From the NCBI GenBank assembly GCA_051362555.1, contig CM120641.1, positions 41,980,401 to 42,044,400 on the forward strand: a DNA stretch of 64,000 nucleotides. Direction: 5' to 3'. Shown in pieces: positions 49,807 through 60,400 of the stretch. The translations under genes were made by a program, and so were the position numbers. A model generated the notes under the pieces. It was not told where the DNA came from, did not search any database, and saw nothing but the letters and a program-made list of their open reading frames with translations. The stretch comes from Lingula anatina. Lineage: Eukaryota > Animalia > Brachiopoda. Every line of letters begins with the position of its first letter. The first letter of the stretch is position 1.

Positions 49807-52800
49807 CTAGTAACACGCTTTCAAATTGTCGTAGTGTACTACTCTAGGTGGACTTCTGGAATTCAGCTGTATTCGATAAATTTGGGCGGACAATCTCTCC
49901 ACGACCTCATAGGGACCTAGCCACTTGGGTTGAAGCTTTGGACTGACACCTTTCTTCTTCGTGAGATTGCAGTACCACACCAAGTCGCCTTTCTTGAACA
50001 CGTCTCCGTGGACTCTTAAATCGTAATTTCGTTTCTGAATTACAGCACTCTTCTGTTGTTTCTCCGTCGCTCTCCTCCATACTTCTGTCAGATTTTCTCG
50101 AAGATTGTATGCGTAATCTGTCTGGTTTTGATCTGCCGAGGGTGGCTCTTCAATCATTGCGTGGACGGGTAAGTCTACTTCTCTTCCCAGCATCATCATG
50201 TTGGGCGTTTCGCCAGTGCTGGAATGTCTAGAGCTTCTGTATGCCATTAGGAAAAGCGGAATCTTCTCATCCCAGTCCTTCTGGTTCCTGCTGGGTTCTA
50301 GAAACTTAGTTATGCCGTTTATTAGGGTCCGATTGAAGCGTTCCACAAGGCCATCTGACTTGGGGTTAAAGGGAGCGGTCCTGGTCTTGTTTATACCCAT
50401 CATGGCACAGACCTCTTGCATAACTGTAGACTCAAAATTTCTACCCTGATCAGAGTGGATGCTGCCAGGTGTCCCAAACCTTGTAAAGACCTCCTCCACT
50501 AGGACTTTGGCTATTGTGTTGGCCTCTTGATTTGGCAATGGAAATGCTTCTGCCCACTTGGTGAAATAATCGCATACCACCAAGATAACTCGGTTACCTC
50601 GGTTACTCTGGTTTAATGGTCCCAAGATGTCCATTCCTATCCGTTCCATAGGAGCTCCCACGAAAAACTGTTGTAATGGCGCCTTAGGTTTTCTTCCATA
50701 TGTCTGTTGCTTTTGGCAAGTTCTGCAATTTTTGCACCAGGACCTTACATCATTGGCTACACCATACCACCAGTATCGTTCCTGAATCCTGGCTAATGTT
50801 CTCTCTGCACCCATGTGACCGGCAGTAGGATGCGAATGGAAATGCTCCAGGATCATCTTTCGATATACCTTAGGGACAATCACTAGGGGTCTTGTCACCG
50901 ATCCATCGTTTGATTCTTCTGTTGTGCATAACACTCCAGATTCTAGAGACAACTGGTCCCATTTAGCTACAAGGGTGCGGATGGCTGGAGACCATGGCTC
51001 CTGGCCATACTCTAATGGTCCAGATCCTTTACGCATGGCTACTAGAACTGGTCGGATATCTGCATCCTCTCCCTGGGCCTCGGCCATCTCTTCTAATTTC
51101 ACCAAAGGGGCAATGGAGATACTTCTTATGTGAGCTGGTTGAGGGTGCATCTGATCCTGGCGAATCCAGCGTCTCTTCATCACACGGCCCTGTTGTTCGG
51201 GTTCTTCTTCTCGTCCACACTGATGGCAAGGGTAACGGGATAGCCCATCCGCATTGCCATGACTCCTTCCAGCTCGATGTTCTAGGTTAGGTTGGTACTC
51301 TTCTACTACTTGTATCCACCGGGCCAACTGTCCCTCGGCATCTTTCATTCTGAGGAGCCAAGTCAGGGCTGCATGGTCGGTACGCAAAGTAAAATCTTGT
51401 CCATACAGGAAGCTGCGAAAATGCTTCATGAAATGAATTGCTGCCAGAAATTCTTTTCTTGTGACACAGTAGTTTCGTTCTTCTTTTGTGAAGGCCCTGC
51501 TAGCATAGGCTATAACTTTTTCTTGTCCCTCTTGGACTTGAGACAACACTGCACCCATACCAAAATTACTGGCGTCTGTATCTAATATGTAGCGACCTTC
51601 AATGCTTGGATAAGCAAGAATGGGGGAAGAAATAAGTCGTTGCTTCAGTTCTTGAAAAGAGTCTTCACACTCTTCATTCCATAGGAAGAGATTTCCCTTC
51701 TCTGTCAAACGGTGTAGGGGTCTGGCTATATTGGCAAACCCTTTTATGAACTTCCGGTAATAGGACGCTAACCCCAGAAAACTTCTAACTTCCGTTACCG
51801 TTCCGGGGGTTTTCCACTCCTTTATCACCTCGATCTTGTCTGGGTCTGTTCTAACCCCGTGCTTGGAGACAACGTGACCGAGGTACTTCACTTCTGACTG
51901 AAACAGGTGGCATTTCTTTGGCTTCAACTTCATCTTGGCCTCTCGGAGACGACGGAAGACCTCTTTGACCCTTTCTACCTCCTCTTCGAACGTTTTTCCA
52001 AAGACTATGATGTCGTCCAAGTACACGAGGAGAATTTTCCAGTGGAGCCCACTCATCACTTGCTCCATGAGTCGTTCAAAGGTGGCTGGCGCGTTGCACA
52101 TCCCAAACGGCATAACCTTCCATTGAAAAAGCCCGCCTCGGACAGCAAACGCTGATTTCCTCTTGGCATCTTCATCCAATTCCACCTGCCAGTAGCCACT
52201 GGCCAAATCAAATGTAGAAAACCACTCTGTCCCCGACAGTGCGTCAAATGTGTCATCAATTCTCGGGAGAGGGTACGAATCTTTCACGGTGACAGAGTTC
52301 AGTTTCCGGTAGTCAACGCAAAATCGTGTAGACCCATCTTTCTTGGTCACCAGCACGATCGGTGATGCCCACGGACTCGCAGACGGCTCTATGACGCCCC
52401 TTTCTAACATCTCTTGCACATGTTTATCAGCTTCATCTTGCTGTGATCTAGGCAACCTTCGGTATCCCTGACGAATAGGTGTTGCATCTCCAGTGTTAAC
52501 AGAATGTTGTACGATGCCCGTGCAGCCAAGGTCGAAGTCATCTTTTGCAAAGACATCTTGGAACTCTGTAAGCAATCGTTTAATGGCCTCTGTCTGTTGT
52601 CGGTCTAGACAGCTCGTGCTTCTTTCCAACAAATCAAGGAGAAACTCAGGGAGGACCATTTTCTCATTTGTCTTTTGGAGAGTGTGTACCTTAAGTCCCC
52701 CTCGTTTGATCACTGCGATGTCTTTATCTTCCACAGTAGAAAGAGTACCCACTGTAGTCCCCTTGTACAGAATCACTGCTTCTTCCCCCGGATTGAAAAC

Positions 52801-53502
52801 CTGAACTGGGAACTCTTCTGCAGTGAGATCAACCAGAAGTCTGGCCACCATCAGTCCTCGTGATGCTAGTCCACCTTCTTCCAGGGGTTCCATAAGTCCC
52901 TGGGTCGTCTCTGCAAGACCGCTTGTCTGTCCGCGTACTGCAGGTAGCACTACTTCATGACCTGGCAGGATACGGATGGTCTGTTTGATATGGACGCGGG
53001 CACAAAATGGCTCTGCATTTTGATCTAGGCAGGGCAGCTTTTGTCCCTCACAGTGAAGATTGAAACCTTGAAAGTCTAGAACGCTTGCTGTTGACACCAG
53101 AAAATCTAGGCCCAAAATACCTTGGTTTTGTATGTCCGCCACAATAACGTCTAACTCAGTGGGTTGATCCTGCACGTCAATGGATACTTTCATTCGGCCC
53201 AATACGGGTAGCGGCTTGCCATCGGCTTGCTGTACTTGTTCTGTCATTTGACGGAGTTCTGTTTTCTTGTCAACGGCAATTTTTCTGTAACACTCAACGC
53301 TTAAAAAGGTATCTGAAGACCCTGTGTCAACTAAAAATAAAACATCAACATTTTCAACTTTACCAACAATAAATAACCCATTCGAAACATTATGTACATT
53401 TGTTCGTCCTTCTTTGACTGGGACCTTCAGTGAGTATTGGGTCTTCTCCCGGTCCCTCGGGTGGACCACTGGCCGTTTCCCTCCTTGGCTGGTTGAGGGC
53501 AT
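49807..53502 (-). CDS. Pol polyprotein (protease, RT, RNase H, integrase with GPY/F motif), expected to be expressed by -1 frameshift
   Basis: FLVDTGS; RFCVDYRKLN...YLDD; LDTDAS...RNYCVTRKE...TDH; H-x6-H...CRTC, GMDILGP, HSDQG, VER; WLGPYEV. Overlaps the gag 3' end. Confidence 0.97.
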   Translation of the reverse strand: MPSTSQGGKRPVVHPRDREKTQYSLKVPVKEGRTNVHNVSNGLFIVGKVENVDVLFLVDTGSSDTFLSVECYRKIAVDKKTELRQMTEQVQQADGKPLPVLGRMKVSIDVQDQPTELDVIVADIQNQGILGLDFLVSTASVLDFQGFNLHCEGQKLPCLDQNAEPFCARVHIKQTIRILPGHEVVLPAVRGQTSGLAETTQGLMEPLEEGGLASRGLMVARLLVDLTAEEFPVQVFNPGEEAVILYKGTTVGTLSTVEDKDIAVIKRGGLKVHTLQKTNEKMVLPEFLLDLLERSTSCLDRQQTEAIKRLLTEFQDVFAKDDFDLGCTGIVQHSVNTGDATPIRQGYRRLPRSQQDEADKHVQEMLERGVIEPSASPWASPIVLVTKKDGSTRFCVDYRKLNSVTVKDSYPLPRIDDTFDALSGTEWFSTFDLASGYWQVELDEDAKRKSAFAVRGGLFQWKVMPFGMCNAPATFERLMEQVMSGLHWKILLVYLDDIIVFGKTFEEEVERVKEVFRRLREAKMKLKPKKCHLFQSEVKYLGHVVSKHGVRTDPDKIEVIKEWKTPGTVTEVRSFLGLASYYRKFIKGFANIARPLHRLTEKGNLFLWNEECEDSFQELKQRLISSPILAYPSIEGRYILDTDASNFGMGAVLSQVQEGQEKVIAYASRAFTKEERNYCVTRKEFLAAIHFMKHFRSFLYGQDFTLRTDHAALTWLLRMKDAEGQLARWIQVVEEYQPNLEHRAGRSHGNADGLSRYPCHQCGREEEPEQQGRVMKRRWIRQDQMHPQPAHIRSISIAPLVKLEEMAEAQGEDADIRPVLVAMRKGSGPLEYGQEPWSPAIRTLVAKWDQLSLESGVLCTTEESNDGSVTRPLVIVPKVYRKMILEHFHSHPTAGHMGAERTLARIQERYWWYGVANDVRSWCKNCRTCQKQQTYGRKPKAPLQQFFVGAPMERIGMDILGPLNQSNRGNRVILVVCDYFTKWAEAFPLPNQEANTIAKVLVEEVFTRFGTPGSIHSDQGRNFESTVMQEVCAMMGINKTRTAPFNPKSDGLVERFNRTLINGITKFLEPSRNQKDWDEKIPLFLMAYRSSRHSSTGETPNMMMLGREVDLPVHAMIEEPPSADQNQTDYAYNLRENLTEVWRRATEKQQKSAVIQKRNYDLRVHGDVFKKGDLVWYCNLTKKKGVSPKLQPKWLGPYEVVERLSAQIYRIQLNSRSPPRVVHYDNLKACY

Positions 53503-54431
53503 TCTCTGGCAAAATGACCTTCCTGTTGACAGTTGTAGCAGATTACTCCCTTTGCCCTCCTGAATGGCTGCTTACCGAAGAATGAGACAGGCTTGGATCT
53601 TCTGAGGTCGGCAAGCTCTCTTCTTAAAGCATGGACTTCATCCTCCAGTCTTTTCACCTGGGTCTCGTCTTCTTCAGTCTTCTGTACTACCCGCAGTTGC
53701 CGTTTACCAGCCTCGCTCAGTCTTTCTGCATCCAGAAATGACTCCATGCCTGCTGCCACCGTCACTGCATCTTCCAGAGTCTTACAATGAGCCTGAAAAA
53801 TACATGATTTCAATTCTTTGCTCACCACGGCTTCCTGGAAATGTACCCGGGCCAGGCGATCCTGTGACATCACATTCAACTCTGGATAGGCTAGGGCAGT
53901 GAGTCTTCGGATAGCTTGTCCCAATTCTCGCAGGCTCTCATTTGGTTTTCTTCGACGATGACGCAGCTCTGCCACAAAGATTTCTGCTCCCTCTCCCGGA
54001 CCAAACCTTCTCTGTAATAAGTCTACCAAATCTTTGTAGGACAGTCTTTTCCCCCCGGCTTGGGCATCACTTAGAATGGCTTGAGCTTCTCCCTTCAAAC
54101 TGACTGCGAGAAATGCTGACTTCTCATAACTGCTCCAACCATTGATGATCGCACAGCCCTCAAAGTGCGCCAGGTAATCGGACCACGGACTGCTTCCATC
54201 GTAGCGGTCGGGAATTACGCTTGGCCTTCCTTTCTGGACTCCTGTGCTGCCTGGAAATACGTCTCTAGGTGGGAATGGAGAACTCACCAGTCTCTTTCTA
54301 GGTGATGGACCCGCTAACAAAGTATCACTCTCACCGTCTATCTCTGCGTGGCGGCCCTCGTGGTCTCGCAGATTCAGGATGACCTCACTCTCACTTGACT
54401 GGTCAAAGTTGTCTACCTTAACATTTTCCAT
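53427..54431 (-). CDS. Gag protein
   Basis: First ATG is at 54431 (MENVKVD; the ORF-track start at 54449 is a TTG). PDRYDGSSPWSDYLAHFE...NGW capsid-like motif; CYNCQQEGHFAREC zinc knuckle. Confidence 0.93.
   Translation of the reverse strand: MENVKVDNFDQSSESEVILNLRDHEGRHAEIDGESDTLLAGPSPRKRLVSSPFPPRDVFPGSTGVQKGRPSVIPDRYDGSSPWSDYLAHFEGCAIINGWSSYEKSAFLAVSLKGEAQAILSDAQAGGKRLSYKDLVDLLQRRFGPGEGAEIFVAELRHRRRKPNESLRELGQAIRRLTALAYPELNVMSQDRLARVHFQEAVVSKELKSCIFQAHCKTLEDAVTVAAGMESFLDAERLSEAGKRQLRVVQKTEEDETQVKRLEDEVHALRRELADLRRSKPVSFFGKQPFRRAKGVICYNCQQEGHFARECPQPAKEGNGQWSTRGTGRRPNTH
53475..53481 (-). other. -1 ribosomal frameshift slippery heptamer G GGA AAC
   Basis: In the gag frame (GAG GGA AAC) inside the gag/pol overlap, followed by a GGTCC...GGACC stem. 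Confidence 0.8.
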
Positions 54432-54524
54432 TCTGACTTCTTCTGACAAGAGATATTAAAAAAAATAATTATAATAATTATCATCCATTCATGACCAAGT
54501 AACCATAGCACATTTCGAAGGACA

Positions 54525-54542
54525 ATCCCACCGCTGCCACCA
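54525..54542 (-). other. Primer binding site complementary to the tRNA-Leu 3' end
   Basis: TGGTGGCAGCGGTGGGAT, 1 nt downstream of the 5' LTR. Confidence 0.9.
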
Positions 54543-54543
54543 A

Positions 54544-56434
54544 TGTAACGCGCGAGGTCGCCGCGTCGGCGCACGACCCCGGACGCGACGTGGGAATATG
54601 ATGTTGAAACAGGGAAAGTATATCCCGGTCCTTCGAAATTAACAACAAAGGCATATGGTTACAGTTCAAATATTATTATTATACACCAATTTGCTTTCAA
54701 TAAAAGAGATATTTCAAGAGATATATACAAGGCCTAAAGCCATAGAGTTCGTAATAAAATCGAGCAACGTTTTTCATGGTATGGTAGCGTAGCGCAAATC
54801 AGCATCTTTCTTCATGGTAGCGTAGCGCAAATCAGCTTCTATCTTCATGGTAGCGTAGCGCAAATCAGCTTCTATTTTCATGGTAGAAACGACGACCGTT
54901 GAACGCGGCGGCGTCATCTAGGGGATGGCGACGATATCTTACGCCTGGGGACGGCATAACGACGACCGTTGAACGCGGCGGCGTCATCTAGGGGATGGCG
55001 ACGACATCTTACGCCTGGGGACGGCATAACGACGACCGTTGAACGCGACGGCGTCATCTAGGGGATGGCGACGATATCTTCATGGTGGGCGTCTGTTCAG
55101 TTTCTCAGCATTCCGGCTGTTATTCGCAATGGCAGAGGAGCTCGGTACGCATCACACGGCCGCAGCCGCGGGAACGGAACCTGAATGGGATTCACAGACT
55201 GTACCCTCGGTCTGTGAACCTGGTTCGACGACTCGACTCTGAAGTGGACACGGCGACACTCTCCACCAGCAAAATCTCACGGGTACGGTTCATGCACACA
55301 ACAACTCAGTCCTGGCACTTTTTCCACCCACGGGCGGCGAGATCGTAGGGGAACGCTGAGGCCTTCAGTTCAATCAGTGAACATCTTGGCGGCAGTAAAC
55401 CCCGCGGACCCGGAACCTGTGACTGTTAGCTCTGAAAGAGCAAGGTTAATCTTCCGTGGCGCATTTCCTGCATTATCTACGCCCTGGACCCGTCTGTCCC
55501 ATGGGAAGTTCCCAGTCTCGCCTCGGCGGGAGCGGAGGTTTCCTAGGGGAGCACCGTGATCGAGGGTTAGGACGTCCTTCACCATTACTGTCTCTTTTCG
55601 CTTTCCGGTAGCTGCATGCAAAGGGACACGTCCGGCGGACCGAACTAAAACAAAATAAGAACATAACACTGCCCCGATCATACACGGGGGAACACTGCGC
55701 ACTCGGGCTGGCATTTTCCCTTCAGCTCCGAGCTGTCGACGGCGCCTCCTACATGACGTCTTGGACCCGATCAGCCTTTCACCCAAAATCGTCCATGCCG
55801 CAGCGGCTTCCTTGGCCAGGATCCTAAACATCTGCAACCAAGGGATCCCATGATCTGACAGCCACCACTTGTCCTCCGGAGCGCGTCACGGCGAATGCAG
55901 TTACAGGATTGCGTTAAGAAACTCGCTAAAAACTAACGGTACATGTAGCTGACGTAACTGTCAGCCAAAATACTACAAAAAAAAATAGACTAATCTTCGA
56001 AAAGAAAATTTTTCACAATTTTTCCCGACTACGTCGGGTAGCCCGAGGGCTACCCGCAGCCCGTTTCACTCACTTTTTGTCTCTCTCTTGTGCTTTATGA
56101 CTGTCACTCAAAGATACTTTCTTTCTTCCCCGCTTCAACTCGAAGAACTTGAAAGACGCCGCTAACGATCAGCTGAGCGGTTATTTATAGCGACCGTGAC
56201 GTCATGACCGCAGGTCGCGCGGTCACACTTTCTGACGGCACGTCGACACGGTTGGAACGTCATTGTTGATTCTTTCCCGTACAGCGGTACAAATCTAACG
56301 TTTCTTTCTTTGTATAAAATCATGGGGTATTTGGCATCTTTTCGTCTTTAAACGGCTCTAGAACGGCAACTAAAGTTGGACTGGTAAATTTTTGTCGGCA
56401 TCGGTGTAGAGCTATTGGAGCCCCGTTCGTTACA
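54544..56434 (-). repeat. 5' LTR (1891 bp)
   Basis: Direct repeat of 47141-49101, adjacent to the PBS. Confidence 0.96.
56184..56204 (-). promoter_or_regulatory. LTR promoter: CRE palindrome TGACGTCA + TATAAA
   Basis: TGACGTCA at 56197-56204 immediately upstream of minus-strand TATAAA at 56189-56184; the same arrangement is in the 3' LTR. Confidence 0.65.
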
Positions 56435-57415
56435 ATATATATACCCAGATTACGTTTTCACAGAGGGTCACAAATTAACATACCGCCTGATCAAAGATTC
56501 CGAATTAACGAAATTATTACCAGAAAAATCAATTATCCATTACAAAAATATACGTACGGAATATCACTTCTAATAATCTTATATTTCGAGTGTAATAGTA
56601 AATAAAACAGATGGTATAAATGACAATAAATTTATTTGAAAACAAATAATTGATACTTAACACCATATAATTGAAGTCAAAATATCAATTCTTAGAGCAC
56701 TTAAATTAACGCAATTTACAGCGATGTAGAATAAGTATAGAAAAAGTAATGAATACGATTTTTTGTTATCTATAAACAAGACGGTAATATAGAAACGCAT
56801 GGGCACATAACTACCAAATTTATAAAATTACACATCAAATAAAATTTTCCGATTTTGAAATTTAGAAAAATACCACAAATATTGTTTAAAAAAAAAGGCC
56901 AATTATTGGTGAGGAATATTTGTAAACCTAGTTGCGTTTTCGATACATTTCTCTTTATGCCAAATGTCAACTGTACTTCATTCGTCAACCAAAATACTCG
57001 AAGAGAATTATTCCCATTTACAGCAATCATTAGCCGCCGTGAGGGGCCTCCTCTTTTTTTTTTTTTTTTTTTTTTTACAAATGATGAAAATCAAACGTAG
57101 ACGTGACAAACATCGATCGCAAAACTCTCCTTCTGAATCTAATGTCAAAGTAATGTCGCTTTATTATGCTGTTATTAGACGACCGATTTCTTGAAATGAT
57201 TATTTCTAATTCTTTTTAAGTGATAGACAAATACACTACAAACCTATCCAAAATGCACGATTCAATGAAAATCAGTGTATATATACGAAAAAACTATACG
57301 TCTATATAATAAATAATGCTCACACTTTTAAAGCCAAACAGCGTTCTTTTGTATGTGCATCACATATAAGACATTGGCGAAATGTGGCAAGAGAGTGAAA
57401 TCCTAAACCAAATTC

Positions 57416-60400
57416 TTAAAGTTTTTCACTCAAAAGGACTTCTGTGTCACTGTTGGATATCTTATCGGGGTCAGATTCGGGTATGTCGACGGAGCTAGAT
57501 CCAGGTATGTCGGCGGAGCTAGATCCAGGTATGTCGACGGAGCTAGATCCAGGTATGTCGGCGGAGCTAAATCCAGGTATGTCGACGGAGCTAGATCCAG
57601 GTATGTCGGCGGGGCTTGAACCAGGTATGTCGGCGGGACTAGACCCTGGTATGAGAGCGGGGTCAGATTCAGGTATGTCAGCATACAGTCCTTCCTCTCC
57701 TTCGAACGCAGGGTTATCATACTCCTTGTCTGGTCCTGTCATAACAACCGGTATATTAAACGTGCCGCTTGCCGAGCCCTCCGCCGACTCGTTAATAGTT
57801 TCAATGTTCTGCGCCTTGACAGCTTTCTTCAGTTGAAACGCTCGGGTGAGCTGGATGGCTCTGGCCGCCCCTTTCCACTTGTTACGTAATTTGGAAATCT
57901 TCTCTTCTTGGAACACCTGGTCCCACTCATCAGCTAAGCTTGCTAGAGCTTGCTTGCGTTTACGATCCTGGTAGCTGGCAGTCATTGTGTTTCGCCGTCC
58001 ATGTTGTTGCTGAAGTTTCTCAGGCCCTTGGTCGGACAATGCCAAGAAGCGCTCAACAAATGCTTTATTCATAGTGGCATATCCCTCCTTAACTGTCTTC
58101 TTCTTTTTCTTGATGTGTTTCGCGAATGACTTCTTCCTCTCTCTGGCAAAATTGAACTCTTCGTCGGAGGCACCGGAAGTGAAGCTGCACACCGACATTC
58201 TGTCGGAATCGTCATCGCCCTGCGGAAGGCGTTGTAAGTCGCGCACAAGAGCGATTTTTGCGGCGGTTTGATCGAGTTTTCCTGAGACGGGGGTTGTAGA
58301 CATGATGTGCCAGAAGGTCAGCAGACGATGAGCTATCATCCCAAGAAGTTGAATAAGGAGAACCAACAGGAAGAATATCAAGAAAACCGTCCCGATAGGC
58401 TCCAACTTCACAGGCTTGGAAGGGGGACTATCGCCGCATTGGAACGGCCAAGGAAGAGAAAGTCCGTGTCCGTTCTCATCTTCTTTTTGTGTTTGAAGCA
58501 CAAAGATCACCACCACAAAAATGGCGTTCAGAAGAAAGATGGCGAATGTGACCTTGTTGCGCAGTTCTTTTAGCTCGGCAGCCATGTGCTCCTGGTGCTT
58601 TGGGTCGTTTTCCAGGGGATACAAGTATTGTTTGATGAGCTCTTGCCAAAATTGTGTCTCTGCCTCTTCTTGGAGAACTATAGGCCCGTCCTTAAGGCCT
58701 TCGTCCTCCGTCCACAATGGATTGACGAGTTCGTCGCGTTCTTCTTCCTCATACATTGGGTTAACTGGATCAAAACAACAAAAAACAATAAGAAAGTAGA
58801 AAAAAAGGATTTAAAAACAATGTGGAGAATCATACCAGGTTTTGGAAATATATCGATGTAAAGTCACGTAATATTTCAACGGCTCCTTTTCCAAACATAA
58901 ATATTGTAATTGCTTTGGACATATATGTTGTCATTGTTGTTTTTTTAGATAGTACCAAAAACTTAAAAACCTAATGGCTCTACAAGTATTTAAGAATATA
59001 CTGGCCCCAAACAATGTCAAATAACTGAACATTAATTACTTAATAAGATTGTAATTTTACTGGTATTTATGTACGAACAGTGATTAATCTCAATTTCTAT
59101 TCGACCATTGTTTTTTATGTTTTTTGCTTAAAATAAAACTGATATAAAATTTTTACATACAACAAAAGACAAACCTACCGGTAAACACATCCTCCTCCAA
59201 GATATCTAATTTTGGGAAGTCTTCGTTCTCCATCGTAAAAGACGGTCGACGATCCTTCACCATACTCTCAGTGCGCACACGTAAATTACTCTCTGCTGTG
59301 GAGCCTGACAAACCTGGATGGCATTTAAGAAATATATTTTGAAAGAGAAACCAACATCCTTTTGTGAATAATGTCACGATAACAATTAAAATTAAAATTA
59401 TTCAAATAGAAATGACTTTATTTATTTAAATAATATGCGACAAAAAATATTCGGAAAATGAAAGACGTTTTGCACAAGCAACATTTATGCATTTATACAT
59501 TTTTATATACTTCCCACAATATGTCCAAAAGGGTGCCAATTGCAGTAATATTTGATCAACTCTTTTGTTCACGCGAAATCAACACAAAAAATTAAAGAAA
59601 AAAATCACCTCTTCCAGCAACCAACGCCGTTCTCTGATTCAGCAATTTCCTCTCCATTTCTTCCATGCGAGAAAACAAGCCGTTCAACTTTTGATTCATG
59701 CCTTCACCATTGTCACGTGGACAGCAGATACACCGGAAGAGTTTTCCAAACGTAAATTTGAACCCATCCTCGCCCTTTTCCGCCGTCGCTGCACTGAAAA
59801 GTTTCATCAGGGCAGCACTGGCTGAGTTATCTGTCTTCTCTTTCGTGTTTTTGGCTTGCTGATTGCCTTTATTGGGAGTTGGCATCTCTGCAACCTTGAC
59901 CTCTCTCGTGCCCCATGAGACCACGTGCAGGTTGCACATGGAGTATATAAAAAGCAACAGGTACATACTGGGAATGAGCAGATAATACAACACACCGGCG
60001 AACACACAGGCGAATTCCTGAGGATGGAGGATAGCAGCCAATAGAAAGGCGCCAGCCACAAGGAAAAAGAACAAGGCGGTAGGGGAGCAGGGTCCTTGTA
60101 CACTTATCTGCAGACTGATGCTGACCAGAACCAGTGCCATCACCAAGGCGTAAATAGAAGACATTATGGCTGCTACAAATAGCTGAAAAATAAATTGATC
60201 AAATATTCCAATAAAAACCGATTCCACTGATTACATGACGGACAGCAAAAAGTCATTTGTGCCTCTTAATGTTTATAGGACTGAACAAATTGCCATGAAG
60301 TGTTTTTATAATTTTTTTCTCCATTGCTCCACCAAGTTCTTAACCTTAGAATCCATATTAAACCCGTTTATGAACCACTTTTGTCTACTTTAGTACAAGG

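Larger units (their letters stand above)
47141..56434 (-). mobile_element. Intact Ty3/Gypsy LTR retrotransposon with ~1.9-kb LTRs and a third ORF
   Basis: LTRs 54544-56434 (5') and 47141-49101 (3'), both TGTAAC...GTTACA. 4-bp TSD ATAT (47137-40, 56435-38). tRNA-Leu-type PBS; PPT AAAAGGATGGGGGCAA next to 49101; open gag, pol and ORF3. Confidence 0.97.

Noticed and set aside
57430-57836. Alternative-frame and antisense repetitive ORFs
   Set aside because: Shadows of the 24-bp coding repeat in chitin synthase.
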